A DNA stretch of 64,000 bases from an uncultured Acidobacteriota bacterium. Its GTDB lineage: Bacteria; Acidobacteriota; Polarisedimenticolia; Polarisedimenticolales; DASRJG01. The notes beneath the pieces are model-generated. The model made no database searches. It was not told where the DNA came from and saw nothing but the letters and a program-made list of their open reading frames with translations. Below are positions 35,850-45,123 of the stretch, in pieces. Position numbers and translations under genes: made by a program. Every line of letters starts with the position of its first letter. The stretch's first letter is position 1. The DNA is taken from the NCBI GenBank assembly GCA_964511835.1, contig CAZEII010000019.1, positions 1,288 to 65,287 of the forward strand, written 5' to 3'.

Positions 35850-36802
35850 TGCCCGCAGACGCTCGTGAGCTTCTTGTCTGTCGTCGAGCAGGCGCCGGAC
35901 GAGCCGTTCGTCCCGGTCCCGTTCCGCTCGTGATCCAGCGCGTCGTAGTCGCCCCACGGACCCTCGACCCCCGAGCCGTTCTTCGTCACGACCAAGAACC
36001 ACGTCAAGCCGCTTCCGTCAACCGCGCTCGGGGTTCCGACCCAGGAGTATGGAGTCGTTGATCCGATATTGCAGGTCCCGCCCTGAAGCGTGTACGTCCC
36101 CCCCGGCACCGCGGGGAACCCGCTCTTCTGGCCGTAGAGGATCTGGTGGTCGCTCGTGTCGGAGCAGGTTGCCGCATCCCACGTCAGCGAGAGCGTCGAG
36201 CCGTCCGCAGTGGTCTTGGACACCGTAAGTGGCGTGCCGGTGACGCCGTCGGGGACGCCCGGAGGCGGCGCGGAGGCATCGATGCTCCCCGTCACGCCGG
36301 CGTAGTTCGTCGGGGAGTTCACGGCGACGCTCAGGGCGCTGTGGGTCGCCGTCTTCGTGTAAGAGTGGATCCCGTCGGTCGGTAGCGTTCCCGCGGTCCA
36401 ACTGGCGGAATAATTGAGCGGGGTGCCGCTATAGTCCACCCGGCTGTCGGTGGCGACACTGATGAACCCCGACGGAATGATGAAGTCCGGCGTCGGCGCG
36501 CCCGGGAGTGCCGCGAAGGCCGCGGTGCCGAGCAGCCAGAATTTGAACGCGGTGTTGCCGGTCACGTCGGTCAAGCTGCCGCTGGACCTCCCGGATGGGT
36601 TCGATGTCACCATGTGCAGGTGCAGCGCCCACTCCGCTACGTCGCCATTGAATTCCTTCAGCTCGATGAACTGGACGGTTCCATCCGCGTTCGAAAAGAC
36701 CTCCCAAACTTCCCAGGTATGCGATCCGGCAACCGCTCCGGGGCCGGCGGCGAGGATGAGAGCGATGATCCCGAGAGCGCCGATCAGCTTCGTCGTCTTC
36801 AT
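35846..36802 (-). CDS. Secreted hypothetical protein (possible lamin-tail-like N-domain, FN3-like C-domain)
   Basis: 318-aa ORF with a signal peptide (MKTTKLIGALGIIALILAAGPGAVAG). By eye it is noticeably less GC-rich than its neighbours. The domain guesses are weak. Confidence 0.5.
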   Translation of the reverse strand: MKTTKLIGALGIIALILAAGPGAVAGSHTWEVWEVFSNADGTVQFIELKEFNGDVAEWALHLHMVTSNPSGRSSGSLTDVTGNTAFKFWLLGTAAFAALPGAPTPDFIIPSGFISVATDSRVDYSGTPLNYSASWTAGTLPTDGIHSYTKTATHSALSVAVNSPTNYAGVTGSIDASAPPPGVPDGVTGTPLTVSKTTADGSTLSLTWDAATCSDTSDHQILYGQKSGFPAVPGGTYTLQGGTCNIGSTTPYSWVGTPSAVDGSGLTWFLVVTKNGSGVEGPWGDYDALDHERNGTGTNGSSGACSTTDKKLTSVCGH

Positions 36803-36937
36803 GGCCGTACCCCCTGATGCCGAGAGTCCGCGAGGGTTGAGTGTACGTTGACCCGTCCGAGATTTTCGGCGTGGGGGATCGGGTTCGGCGGAAACTACGG
36901 AACCGTCCCCTTGACCAGCGGTCAGGCATCCGGGAAG

Positions 36938-37014
36938 TGGCGGAGCCGACGGGGCTCGAACCCGCGACCTCCGGAGTGACAGTCCGGTGTGCTAACCAAC
37001 TGCACTACGGCTCC
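36938..37014 (-). tRNA. tRNA-Asp (anticodon GTC)
   Basis: The reverse complement GGAGCCGTAGTGCAGTTGGTTAGCACACCGGACTGTCACTCCGGAGGTCGCGGGTTCGAGCCCCGTCGGCTCCGCCA folds by hand into a cloverleaf. The anticodon loop is CTGTCAC and CCA is encoded. Confidence 0.9.
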
Positions 37015-37106
37015 GCGCCGTGCAACCTTCTCTACGAATCAAGGGACGGAAAAACCGGTGGATCATAGCACCCGGCCGAGGCAATTCAAGGCCGGCGGGC
37101 GAGCTG

Positions 37107-37182
37107 TGGTGGGCGGTACCGGACTCGAACCGATGACGTCCTGCGTGTAAAGCAGGTGCTCTACCAGCTGAGCTAACCGCCC
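37107..37182 (-). tRNA. tRNA-Val (anticodon TAC)
   Basis: The reverse complement GGGCGGTTAGCTCAGCTGGTAGAGCACCTGCTTTACACGCAGGACGTCATCGGTTCGAGTCCGGTACCGCCCACCA has the anticodon loop TTTACAC, a TTCGAGT T-loop and an encoded CCA. Confidence 0.9.
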
Positions 37183-37218
37183 AGGCCTACTGTAAACCGG
37201 GCGCCTATACTTCGGCAC

Positions 37219-37983
37219 ATGGGATGCGCGATCCTCGCGACGGCCTGGGCGCTCGGTGCGCTGCTCGCGGATGCGCCGCAGCCGTCTCCGACGCCGACGC
37301 CGACACCCACGCCTTCGGCTTCCCCCGGTCCGCAATCATCGCCCGCTCCGTCCCCGGCTGCGTCGGGACAGGTCCGCGGCTCCGTCTCCTACGGCCGCCA
37401 TCAGCCTGCGGTCGGGGCGATCGTGGTTGTCGTTCCCGAGGGGGGCGGCTCGCCCATTCGCCTCGCGACGACGGGGACCAACGGCACTTTCGCGTTCAAC
37501 GGGCTCGCCGATGGGATCTACCGTGCGGACGTCGAGCGCGAGGGGTACTCGCCGGTGACGAAGACCGGGATCCAAGTGCGCGCGCCGTTCCGCGCCGTCG
37601 TCGAGGTCCTGCTCGTCAAGGGCGCGCCGGCGCGTGAGGCGGCCAAGGCGGTCGACGGAAGCGCATCGCTCGGAGGAATCATACGGATCGCCGGTGGTGC
37701 GCCTCTCGCGGAAGCCCGCGTTCGCTTGACGCGGAGCGACGGTGCGGACGATTCGAAGACGATCCTCACCAACGGATCGGGGGCGTTCTATGTTCCGCGG
37801 ATGAAGGCCGGGCGCTGGCACCTCGACGTTCAGGGGGCGGGCCTCCTGCCCATGCGCGCCGACCTCGACGTCGTAGGAGACGTCGCGATCGACGCCCAGC
37901 TCGCCGCACAGCCGGCGAACTACCACCCGCTGCCGCAGGATCTGATCGTTCCGGAAGAGGTCATCCCGCCAGCAGGATCGTAG
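37219..37983 (+). CDS. Carboxypeptidase-regulatory-like domain protein (two domains) with Pro/Thr/Ser linker
   Basis: 254-aa ORF with a signal peptide, a PSPTPTPTPTPSASP linker, and two units of the type G.V..........A.V.L.......TTGTNGTFAFNGLADGIY. Confidence 0.6.
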   Translation: MGCAILATAWALGALLADAPQPSPTPTPTPTPSASPGPQSSPAPSPAASGQVRGSVSYGRHQPAVGAIVVVVPEGGGSPIRLATTGTNGTFAFNGLADGIYRADVEREGYSPVTKTGIQVRAPFRAVVEVLLVKGAPAREAAKAVDGSASLGGIIRIAGGAPLAEARVRLTRSDGADDSKTILTNGSGAFYVPRMKAGRWHLDVQGAGLLPMRADLDVVGDVAIDAQLAAQPANYHPLPQDLIVPEEVIPPAGS

Positions 37984-37989
37984 CTGGCG

Positions 37990-39153
37990 TCACTTCGCCG
38001 CGGACGCCCCCACGGCGCCGCGCACGGCGAAATACCCGCGCCGGGCACGGACCGTCCAGTCGGGGTTGCTCGATTTCACCTCGAGCTTGATGAACCGGCC
38101 GTCCCAATTCTTGTTGGTCGTCGAGTACGAGAGGTAGTACTGGCGGCGCAGCTCTTCCGCGACCTTCTTGTAGACCTCGGCGAGATCCTTGGCCTTCGTG
38201 ACGAAAAACGCGCGCCCGCCGGTCGTCTCTGACAGCTCCTTGAGGACGGACTTCTTGACGTCCCCGAGGCCGATCGCATAGAGCAGCACGCTCTGCGCCT
38301 TCGCCTCCTCGACGATGCGGTTGTACGCGAACTGGCTCGACGTGTCGTCGCCGTCCGTGAGCAGCACGATCGCCTTGCGCCCCTCGATCCCGCGGAGCTT
38401 GCGGAACGCGGCGTGGAGCGCGTCGTAGAGGGCCGTCGAGCCGAGGGCCTCCGTGCTGTTGACGGCTTCCTTGAGCTGCGCCTGCTCGCCGGTCAGATCC
38501 TGGAGGAGGAAGACCTTGTCATCGAAGTCGATCACCAAGGACTTGTCCTGCGGGCGAAGCGTCTCGACGAACGAGGCCGCCGCCTGGTGGACGTCGGGGA
38601 GGGAATCGCGCATCGAGCCCGAGCTGTCGAGCACGATCGCCATCGTGATCGGCCGGTCTTCGAGGAGAAAGTCGCGGATGGTCTGCGGGGCGCCGTCCTC
38701 GTAGACGGTAAAGCTGTCCTTGGTCAGGTCGCCGACCAGGTGGTCCGACTTGTCCGTGACCGTCACCCACAGGATGACGCGGTTGACCTCCTCGAACGCC
38801 TCGATGGTGATCTTGCGCGTGACGACGACGTCGCTGACCGAGAACCCTTCCTTGTGGTAGAGGACGGCGCGGATCACCCACGCCTTGCTCTCCTCGCCGA
38901 AATCGTGCACGCACTCGTAGGGCGCCTCGCGGTCGACGAAGATGACCTTGTCCTTGACCAGGAACTCGACGCGGTCGACGTCCGAGGGCGCCTCCGCCTT
39001 GACCTCGGCCCGGATCACCGTGCGGCCGACGACGAATTCGTCGGGGGCCGGGGAGACGATGTGAATCGAGAAGCCGCGTCGCTTCTCGGCATCTTGCGCC
39101 AGGGTCGGGGCGGCCGAGGCGACGATCAGCGCGGAGGCGATCAGAAATCTCAT
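37990..39153 (-). CDS. Secreted von Willebrand factor A domain protein (acidobacterial-type VWFA architecture)
   Basis: 387-aa ORF with a signal peptide and the MIDAS motif (IVLDSSGSM, LTDGDDTSS). The N-terminal Ig-like region plus VWA domain resembles the VWFA-related acidobacterial domain family as I recall it. Confidence 0.8.
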   Translation of the reverse strand: MRFLIASALIVASAAPTLAQDAEKRRGFSIHIVSPAPDEFVVGRTVIRAEVKAEAPSDVDRVEFLVKDKVIFVDREAPYECVHDFGEESKAWVIRAVLYHKEGFSVSDVVVTRKITIEAFEEVNRVILWVTVTDKSDHLVGDLTKDSFTVYEDGAPQTIRDFLLEDRPITMAIVLDSSGSMRDSLPDVHQAAASFVETLRPQDKSLVIDFDDKVFLLQDLTGEQAQLKEAVNSTEALGSTALYDALHAAFRKLRGIEGRKAIVLLTDGDDTSSQFAYNRIVEEAKAQSVLLYAIGLGDVKKSVLKELSETTGGRAFFVTKAKDLAEVYKKVAEELRRQYYLSYSTTNKNWDGRFIKLEVKSSNPDWTVRARRGYFAVRGAVGASAAK

Positions 39154-40616
39154 GGCGAAGCCGCCGGCGCCAGCTCGGAGAGAACCCGCCGCGCTTGCTC
39201 CGCGGTCGCGCCGGCCGGGTGCGCGTCGAGGAACGCTTGGTAGCTCGCGGTCGCGGCGGCGGTGTCGCCGAGACGTAGCTGCGCGTTGGCCAAGTACAGG
39301 CGCGCCACCGGGTGCTTGGGGTCAAGGCTCAGGGCGCGCGAAAACGCTTCCTTGGCCTCGGCGTCGTCCCCAAGTCGGGCGAGGGACGCGCCGTCGTTGA
39401 CCTCGAGGTCGGCGCGCTTCTGCGATTTGGCGAGGTCGGCGTAGATCTCGTGCGCTTCGCGGAACCGCCCCGCACGGAACTGATAGAACGCCAGCGTCTC
39501 GCGCTCGGCTCCCTGCGGGGACGCCGCGGCGAGAAGATCGGCGGCGCGGTCGTAGTGTCCCTTCCCCGCTTCGAGGGCCGACAGCGCGGTGCGATCGGCG
39601 TCGGTCGCCGCTCCCGACGCGACGGCCCCCTCGAGCGACGCTATACGGTCCTGCTCGGCGAGGATCGCCGCGCGCTGCTTCCCCAGCTCGTCGCGCTGCC
39701 GGTGGGGGAGCCGCTCGTCGGAGAGCGCGGCGTCGATGTGCTGCACCGCGCCGGCGTAATCGCCGCGCCGCCGGCAGATCTCGGCCAGCCCTCGCCGCGC
39801 CCCGGGCTGCGCCGGATCGATCGCGATGGCCGCCTGAAAGGCCGACTCCGCCCCCGTCGTCACCCCCATCCCCAGCAGCACCTCGCCCAACGTGACGTGG
39901 TGCGATGGATCTTTCGGCTCGAGCTCGATCGCCTTGCGGACCGTCGCGACGGCCTCGTTCGAGAAGCCGAGCCGGCCGTAGGCCGAGGCGAGCCTGTTCA
40001 GCCCCGGGCCGAAATCGGGCCGCACGGACACCGCCTCGACGAGCAGCTTCACCGCGTCGTCGAGCTTTCCCTGGCGCAGGTAGAGGTCGCCGAGATGGGT
40101 GTAGGCGGGAGCGAACCCCTTGTCGCTCGCCAAGGCACGCTGGTAGAGGCCGATCGCTTTGTCCTCGTCCGCCTGCGCCTCCGCGGCGCGCGCCTGGCCA
40201 TCGAGCGCCGGAGCGTACTCCGGCCGCAGCTTCATCGCCCGGACGTAGCACGGGGACGCTTCGTCGGTGTCTCCCTCGGCGAGCCAAGCATCGCCAAGGC
40301 TGACGTTCGCCTGCAGATGATCGGGGTCGAGGTCGAGCGCGATCCGATAGGCGTCGACCGCGTCCGCGTATCGGCGGTCGCCCGCCAGCGCGAGCCCCAG
40401 GTAGTAGTGAGCCGGGAATGAGTTCAGGCTTATCGCGGCCGCTTTCTGGAGTGGGCCGATCGCCGCCCGGTAATCGGCCCGGTTGTAGGCGGAAACTCCT
40501 TCGTTCAGGAGCTTGAAAGCGTCCTTGCGGACCTCGATCGCCTTTCCGGCGAGAGCCGGCGCGGTCCCCGCCGCGAGCGCGGCGGCGACGACGAACGCGG
40601 GAGCGCGGCGAAGCAT
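39150..40616 (-). CDS. Secreted tetratricopeptide-repeat protein
   Basis: 488-aa ORF with a signal peptide and more than 10 recognisable TPR units (e.g. AHYYLGLALAGDRRYADAVDAYRIALDLDPDH). It overlaps the VWA gene start by 4 nt. Confidence 0.8.
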   Translation of the reverse strand: MLRRAPAFVVAAALAAGTAPALAGKAIEVRKDAFKLLNEGVSAYNRADYRAAIGPLQKAAAISLNSFPAHYYLGLALAGDRRYADAVDAYRIALDLDPDHLQANVSLGDAWLAEGDTDEASPCYVRAMKLRPEYAPALDGQARAAEAQADEDKAIGLYQRALASDKGFAPAYTHLGDLYLRQGKLDDAVKLLVEAVSVRPDFGPGLNRLASAYGRLGFSNEAVATVRKAIELEPKDPSHHVTLGEVLLGMGVTTGAESAFQAAIAIDPAQPGARRGLAEICRRRGDYAGAVQHIDAALSDERLPHRQRDELGKQRAAILAEQDRIASLEGAVASGAATDADRTALSALEAGKGHYDRAADLLAAASPQGAERETLAFYQFRAGRFREAHEIYADLAKSQKRADLEVNDGASLARLGDDAEAKEAFSRALSLDPKHPVARLYLANAQLRLGDTAAATASYQAFLDAHPAGATAEQARRVLSELAPAASP

Positions 40617-40626
40617 GCGGAAAATC

Positions 40627-41358
40627 TTATCCCCGCAAGGCCTCCCTGTCGCTCACCATCAATCCGTCGCGGATCTCGACGATGCGCCCCGCCCGCCGCG
40701 CCAGCGCGGCGTCGTGCGTGATGACGATCATCGTACGTCCTTGGCGCCACAGATCCTCGAAAAGCGACATGACGTCGCCGCCCGAGGTCGTATCGAGGTT
40801 TCCGGTCGGCTCGTCGGCGAGGACGATGTCCGGGTTCATGGCCAACGCGCGGGCGAGGGCGACTCGCTGCATCTGTCCGCCCGACAGCTCGGTCGGCCGG
40901 TGCTCCATCCTCTCCTTCAATCCGACCTTCTCGAGTAGCTGGTGGACGCGCGCCTTCCGCTCCTTTTTCGGGACACCACCGAACATCATCGGCATCTCCA
41001 CGTTCTCGAACGCCGTGATCTGCGGGAGCAGGTTGAAGTTTTGGAATACGAATCCGACCCGCTCGTTGCGGATCTTGGCGAGCTCGTTCTTTCCCAAGCC
41101 CGCCACCTCCTTGTCCCGAAGAAGGTAGGTCCCCTCGGTCGGCGTGTCGAGGCAGCCAACGAGGTTCATCAGCGTCGATTTCCCGGAGCCGGACGGACCG
41201 ACGATCGCGACGAACTCGCCGGCGCGGATGCGGAGATCGATTCCCTTGAGCGCCTCGACTCGGATCTTCCCCGTGTCGTAGACCTTCCGTATCCCCGACA
41301 TCGAGATGACGTCGGCGGCCTGCGCCTGGGCCCGGGGCCGTTCGAGAGCCACGCTCAT
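40627..41358 (-). CDS. ABC transporter ATP-binding protein (MacB/LolD type)
   Basis: 243-aa ORF with Walker A (GPSGSGKST), the signature LSGGQMQRVALARAL, Walker B (IVLADEPTGNLD) and an H-loop (VITHD). Confidence 0.9.
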   Translation of the reverse strand: MSVALERPRAQAQAADVISMSGIRKVYDTGKIRVEALKGIDLRIRAGEFVAIVGPSGSGKSTLMNLVGCLDTPTEGTYLLRDKEVAGLGKNELAKIRNERVGFVFQNFNLLPQITAFENVEMPMMFGGVPKKERKARVHQLLEKVGLKERMEHRPTELSGGQMQRVALARALAMNPDIVLADEPTGNLDTTSGGDVMSLFEDLWRQGRTMIVITHDAALARRAGRIVEIRDGLMVSDREALRG

Positions 41359-41365
41359 GTCCGCC

Positions 41366-42616
41366 TCACTCGTAGCGCAGCGTTTGCGCCGGGTCGATCG
41401 ACGCCGCGCGCCGCGCGGGGAAATAGGCCGCGAAGAGCCCGATCATGCCGAGGATTCCGGCCGAGATCAGCCCGACCATGGGGGAGAGAGTCGGCTTGCC
41501 GAGGAACTGCAGCGCCTCGCTCTTGAGCGGGACGAAGCCGAGCCCGATGATGATCGTGGTGGCGAAGAGCAGGCCCAAGAGGCCGCCGAAGATCGTGTAG
41601 GCGAGTCCCTCGAGGAGAAGGGGCGCCGTGATCCACGAAGGCCGCGCCCCGAGCGCCATCTTGACGCCGATCTCGCGCGTCCGCTCCTTCACGGTGGCGT
41701 ACATGATGTTGGCGACGCCGACCCCGCCGATCATCAGCGTCAGGCCTCCGATCAGCCCGAGGAAACCCTGAATGCCGATCAGGATGTTGCGCATGATCTT
41801 TTGTCCTTCGACCGTGTCCCAGAATCGGATGGCGCGATCGTCCTCGGGATCGAAGCTGTACTTCGCCGCGCACACCTTTTGGAGCTCCTTGAGGGCCGTC
41901 TTCATCATCTTGGGATCGGCGGCGCGGACGACGAGATTGGCCAGGTACTTCCGGACGATCTGAGCCTGGAACGTCGTGATCGGTATCACGGCGTGGTTCT
42001 TGTCGGGGCCGCCGTAGGTCCCCATCTGGAGCCGCTTGGCGAGCACGCCGACGATCGTGTACGGCATCGAGTTGATCAGCATCTGCTTCCCGACGGGATC
42101 CTGGTCGCCGAACAAGTCGTGCGCGAGCTCGCCTCCCAGGAAGACGACGCGACGCCTCAATGTGACATCGTCGTCGTTGAGGAATCGACCGCCGGGAGCG
42201 GGGACGTGATTGCGCAGGTCGCCGTAGGCCGCTTCCGTGCCGATCAGCTGCGCGTTGACCGTTTTCTTGCCGTAGGTGAAGTTCGTGCCCCAGGTGACGA
42301 ACTCGCCGATGACGCCGTTGAACAGCGGCACGCGCTCCTTGATCAGAGGAACGTCCTCCGGGACGAAGTGCACGCTGCGCCCCGCCGGAAGGCCCTGCCA
42401 GACCTTCGTCGTCTCGGAGGCCCAGATGACGGCGATGCCCGTACCCATCCCGCGGTTGGCGACGGAGAGCTGGTCACGAAGACCTTGACCGAACGCGAGG
42501 AGCAGGAGGAGAGCGACCGAGCCCCACGCGATCGCCGCGATCGTCAGCACGGCGCGCTTTTTCTGGAGGCGCGACGACGAGAGGAACAGGTGGAAGACGA
42601 CGCCCGGGCCGCGCAT
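41366..42616 (-). CDS. FtsX/MacB-type ABC transporter permease
   Basis: The start is the internal ATG 42616 (RBS GGAGGGA) of track ORF 41366..43066. It has a MacB periplasmic domain and a C-terminal FtsX domain ending ...DPAQTLRYE. Confidence 0.85.
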   Translation of the reverse strand: MRGPGVVFHLFLSSSRLQKKRAVLTIAAIAWGSVALLLLLAFGQGLRDQLSVANRGMGTGIAVIWASETTKVWQGLPAGRSVHFVPEDVPLIKERVPLFNGVIGEFVTWGTNFTYGKKTVNAQLIGTEAAYGDLRNHVPAPGGRFLNDDDVTLRRRVVFLGGELAHDLFGDQDPVGKQMLINSMPYTIVGVLAKRLQMGTYGGPDKNHAVIPITTFQAQIVRKYLANLVVRAADPKMMKTALKELQKVCAAKYSFDPEDDRAIRFWDTVEGQKIMRNILIGIQGFLGLIGGLTLMIGGVGVANIMYATVKERTREIGVKMALGARPSWITAPLLLEGLAYTIFGGLLGLLFATTIIIGLGFVPLKSEALQFLGKPTLSPMVGLISAGILGMIGLFAAYFPARRAASIDPAQTLRYE

Positions 42617-42624
42617 CGTCCCTC

Positions 42625-43854
42625 CTAGAGCTTCATCGCGACGACAGGATCGAGGGCCGCCGCGTCGCGGGCGGGGAAAAACCCGGCGAGAAGTCCGACC
42701 GAGCCCAGGAGCGTCGCCGTGACGGTCGCGACGAACGGCGAAACCACCGGCGTGCCGACGTACTCGGTGAATCCCAGAGCGGGAAACGCGGCGCAGATGC
42801 CGATCGTCACGCCGAGCCCGATCGCGCCACCGATCCCGGTGATCAGCAGGGTCTCGAGCATGAATTGAACGAGGATGGCGCCGGGGCGCGCGCCGAGCGC
42901 CATCTTGATTCCGATCTCCCGCGTCCTCTCCTCGACGACGACGTTCATGATGTTCGATACGCCGATGCCGCCGACGACGAGCGTGAGCGATCCGACGATT
43001 CCGAGGAACGCGCGGAATGAGATCCCGAAGGTGTTGACGAACTGGAACATCTCGGTGGTGTCCCAAATGCCGATCGCTTCCTTGTCCTTCGGGTCGAAGC
43101 GGTGCTTGGCCGCCGTGATCTCCAGGACCTGGGCCTTCAGGGCGTCCGTCTTCTTGGAGTCGGTCGCCTTGAAGATGAACTCGTCGACGTATTTCTCACC
43201 GGTCAGCGCGCGATGGGTCGTGCCGGGGATGAACGCATTGTCCTTGTCGCGACCGCTGTAGCTCGAGTCCTGAGGCTTCTTGACCATGACGCCGATGACC
43301 AGGAACGGCGAGCCGTTCATGTACAGCGTCTTCCCGACGGGGTTCGTCTTTCCGAACACCGTCTCGGCGAGGTCGTTGCCCAGGAAGACGACCCGGCGGC
43401 GTCCGTCCCAGTCGAGCTGGTCGATCCAGCGGCCGCCTTCCTGCGGGACGATCGTCCGCATCGAGGCGAAAACCGGGGTGACGCCGTGGACGTCGACCGC
43501 CATCGATTTCTTCTCGTAGATCAGCTTGAACGAGGCCTCGTACTCGCTGGAGATCGCCTCGAGCCCGTCCGCCTTGGCGCGGATGAGCTGCATGTCGTCC
43601 TCGTCGAGGCGGATCACACGCCCCTTCCCCAACCCTTGGAACGGCAGCGAAGTGCGGGACGGCCACGCGATGCAAATGTTCTCGCCGAGGCCCGCGGAGC
43701 TCTTGTACATCTGCTCGTGAAGCCCCTGGCCGAAAGCGAGAAGCAGGCTGACGGCTGCGGTCCCCCAGACGATGCCGAACGTCGTCATGAGCGTTCGCAT
43801 CTTCTGCGACTTGAGGTCGCGCAGAAGCTGGCGGAACTGGAGCCAGAAGGCCAC
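42625..43854 (-). CDS. FtsX/MacB-type ABC transporter permease
   Basis: 409-aa ORF with the same architecture. Its FtsX domain contains ERTREIGIKMALGARP. Confidence 0.85.
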   Translation of the reverse strand: MAFWLQFRQLLRDLKSQKMRTLMTTFGIVWGTAAVSLLLAFGQGLHEQMYKSSAGLGENICIAWPSRTSLPFQGLGKGRVIRLDEDDMQLIRAKADGLEAISSEYEASFKLIYEKKSMAVDVHGVTPVFASMRTIVPQEGGRWIDQLDWDGRRRVVFLGNDLAETVFGKTNPVGKTLYMNGSPFLVIGVMVKKPQDSSYSGRDKDNAFIPGTTHRALTGEKYVDEFIFKATDSKKTDALKAQVLEITAAKHRFDPKDKEAIGIWDTTEMFQFVNTFGISFRAFLGIVGSLTLVVGGIGVSNIMNVVVEERTREIGIKMALGARPGAILVQFMLETLLITGIGGAIGLGVTIGICAAFPALGFTEYVGTPVVSPFVATVTATLLGSVGLLAGFFPARDAAALDPVVAMKL

Positions 43855-44966
43855 TAGAAGTCACTCTTGGGCTTCGGGGGCCTCTGGACGATCAGGTCTC
43901 CTTTCTTGACGCCGGAGGTGACCTCGCAGTTCAACCCGTCGGACAGGCCGGTCTTGATCTCGACCTTCTTCGACGGCGACTTCGGTCCCGGGCCCGGGAT
44001 CTCGACGAAGGCCTTCTTGCCGCCGTCCTCGAATTGGATCGCCCGCTCGGGGACGATCAGGATGTCCTTCTTCTCTTTGATGACGAGGTCGGCGTTCGCG
44101 GAGTATCCCGCCCGCAGCGTGATCTCCTGGCCGGGATCCATCTCGAGCTCCACCTCGAACAGCTTGGCGTTGTCTTTTTCGGTCGCCTGCGGCGCGATCC
44201 GGGTCAGCTTCCCGCTGATCGTGGCGTCGGGAAGCGCGCCGATCCTGAGGCGGGCCGGGAGGCCGATCGAGAGCTTGCCCACGTCGATCTCGTCGACCGT
44301 GCCCTTGAAGATGAGGTCCTTCATCTCGGCGATCGAGGCGAGGTCGGTGCCCGCCTGATAGGTCGTCAGCGGGACGACGGGATCGCCGGGGTTGGCGAGG
44401 CGCTCGAGCAGCGTCCCGGCCGCGGGAGCGCGCACGACCGATTCCATGCCGGCGCCGCCCCCTTGGATGCGCCCCTTCTGGAGCAGCTCCAGGTTGTCCT
44501 TGGCTTGCGCCAAGGCGATCCTCGCTTGGTCGAACGCCTGATTCTTCACGTCGTGGTCGCCCCGCGAGAGGATTCCGGAGATCGACAACTCGTTCGCCCG
44601 GTTCAGGTCTCGCTCGGCCTGGTCGTACGTGCTCTGCGCCTTCTCAACTTGGCGCTCGGCCTCCACCCGCTCGGCCGGGGTGGGATCGGGGACGATGTCG
44701 AACAGCGGGTCGCCGGCCGCGACGCGGTCGCCAACCTCGACGTGGCAGCGCTTGACGATCCCCGAGATCTTGGATTTGACATGGAACTTGACGCGCGGCT
44801 CGATCTTGCCGACCGCGACGGCTTTGTCCGTGATCGAGCCGGTGACGACCTCGATCTTCTTGATCCCGTCGTCCCCGCCATCCCGGCTCTGAAGCCATGC
44901 GTAGGCCCCGACGATGGCGAGCGAAAGGACGCCGAGGATGATGAGTATCTTGACGACCTTACCCAT
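43854..44966 (-). CDS. HlyD/RND-adaptor family periplasmic membrane-fusion protein
   Basis: 370-aa ORF with an N-terminal anchor, a lipoyl-like segment (GIVKRCHVEVGDRVAAGDPLFDI), a coiled-coil hairpin and beta-barrel segments. Confidence 0.85.
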   Translation of the reverse strand: MGKVVKILIILGVLSLAIVGAYAWLQSRDGGDDGIKKIEVVTGSITDKAVAVGKIEPRVKFHVKSKISGIVKRCHVEVGDRVAAGDPLFDIVPDPTPAERVEAERQVEKAQSTYDQAERDLNRANELSISGILSRGDHDVKNQAFDQARIALAQAKDNLELLQKGRIQGGGAGMESVVRAPAAGTLLERLANPGDPVVPLTTYQAGTDLASIAEMKDLIFKGTVDEIDVGKLSIGLPARLRIGALPDATISGKLTRIAPQATEKDNAKLFEVELEMDPGQEITLRAGYSANADLVIKEKKDILIVPERAIQFEDGGKKAFVEIPGPGPKSPSKKVEIKTGLSDGLNCEVTSGVKKGDLIVQRPPKPKSDF

Positions 44967-45123
44967 AACGGCACTCCTCCCGAGTTCCTGAGCCTTCCCG
45001 TAATACGTCCGACCCGGGCTGAAGGTTCCTCGGTAAGCCCGAGATTCCGCGGGGAGTTTGACGGACCGTCCCGTTGTTCGGATACTTCGTAGACCGAGGC
45101 CGACCTACCGAGGAGCAGGACGG

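Noticed and set aside
34521-37182. tRNA-Asp/tRNA-Val-adjacent genes as an integrated genomic island
   Set aside because: There is no integrase, no recognisable direct repeat of the tRNA 3' end and no mobility genes. The only support is a somewhat lower GC content by eye in one gene. I kept it as an operon of unknowns instead.
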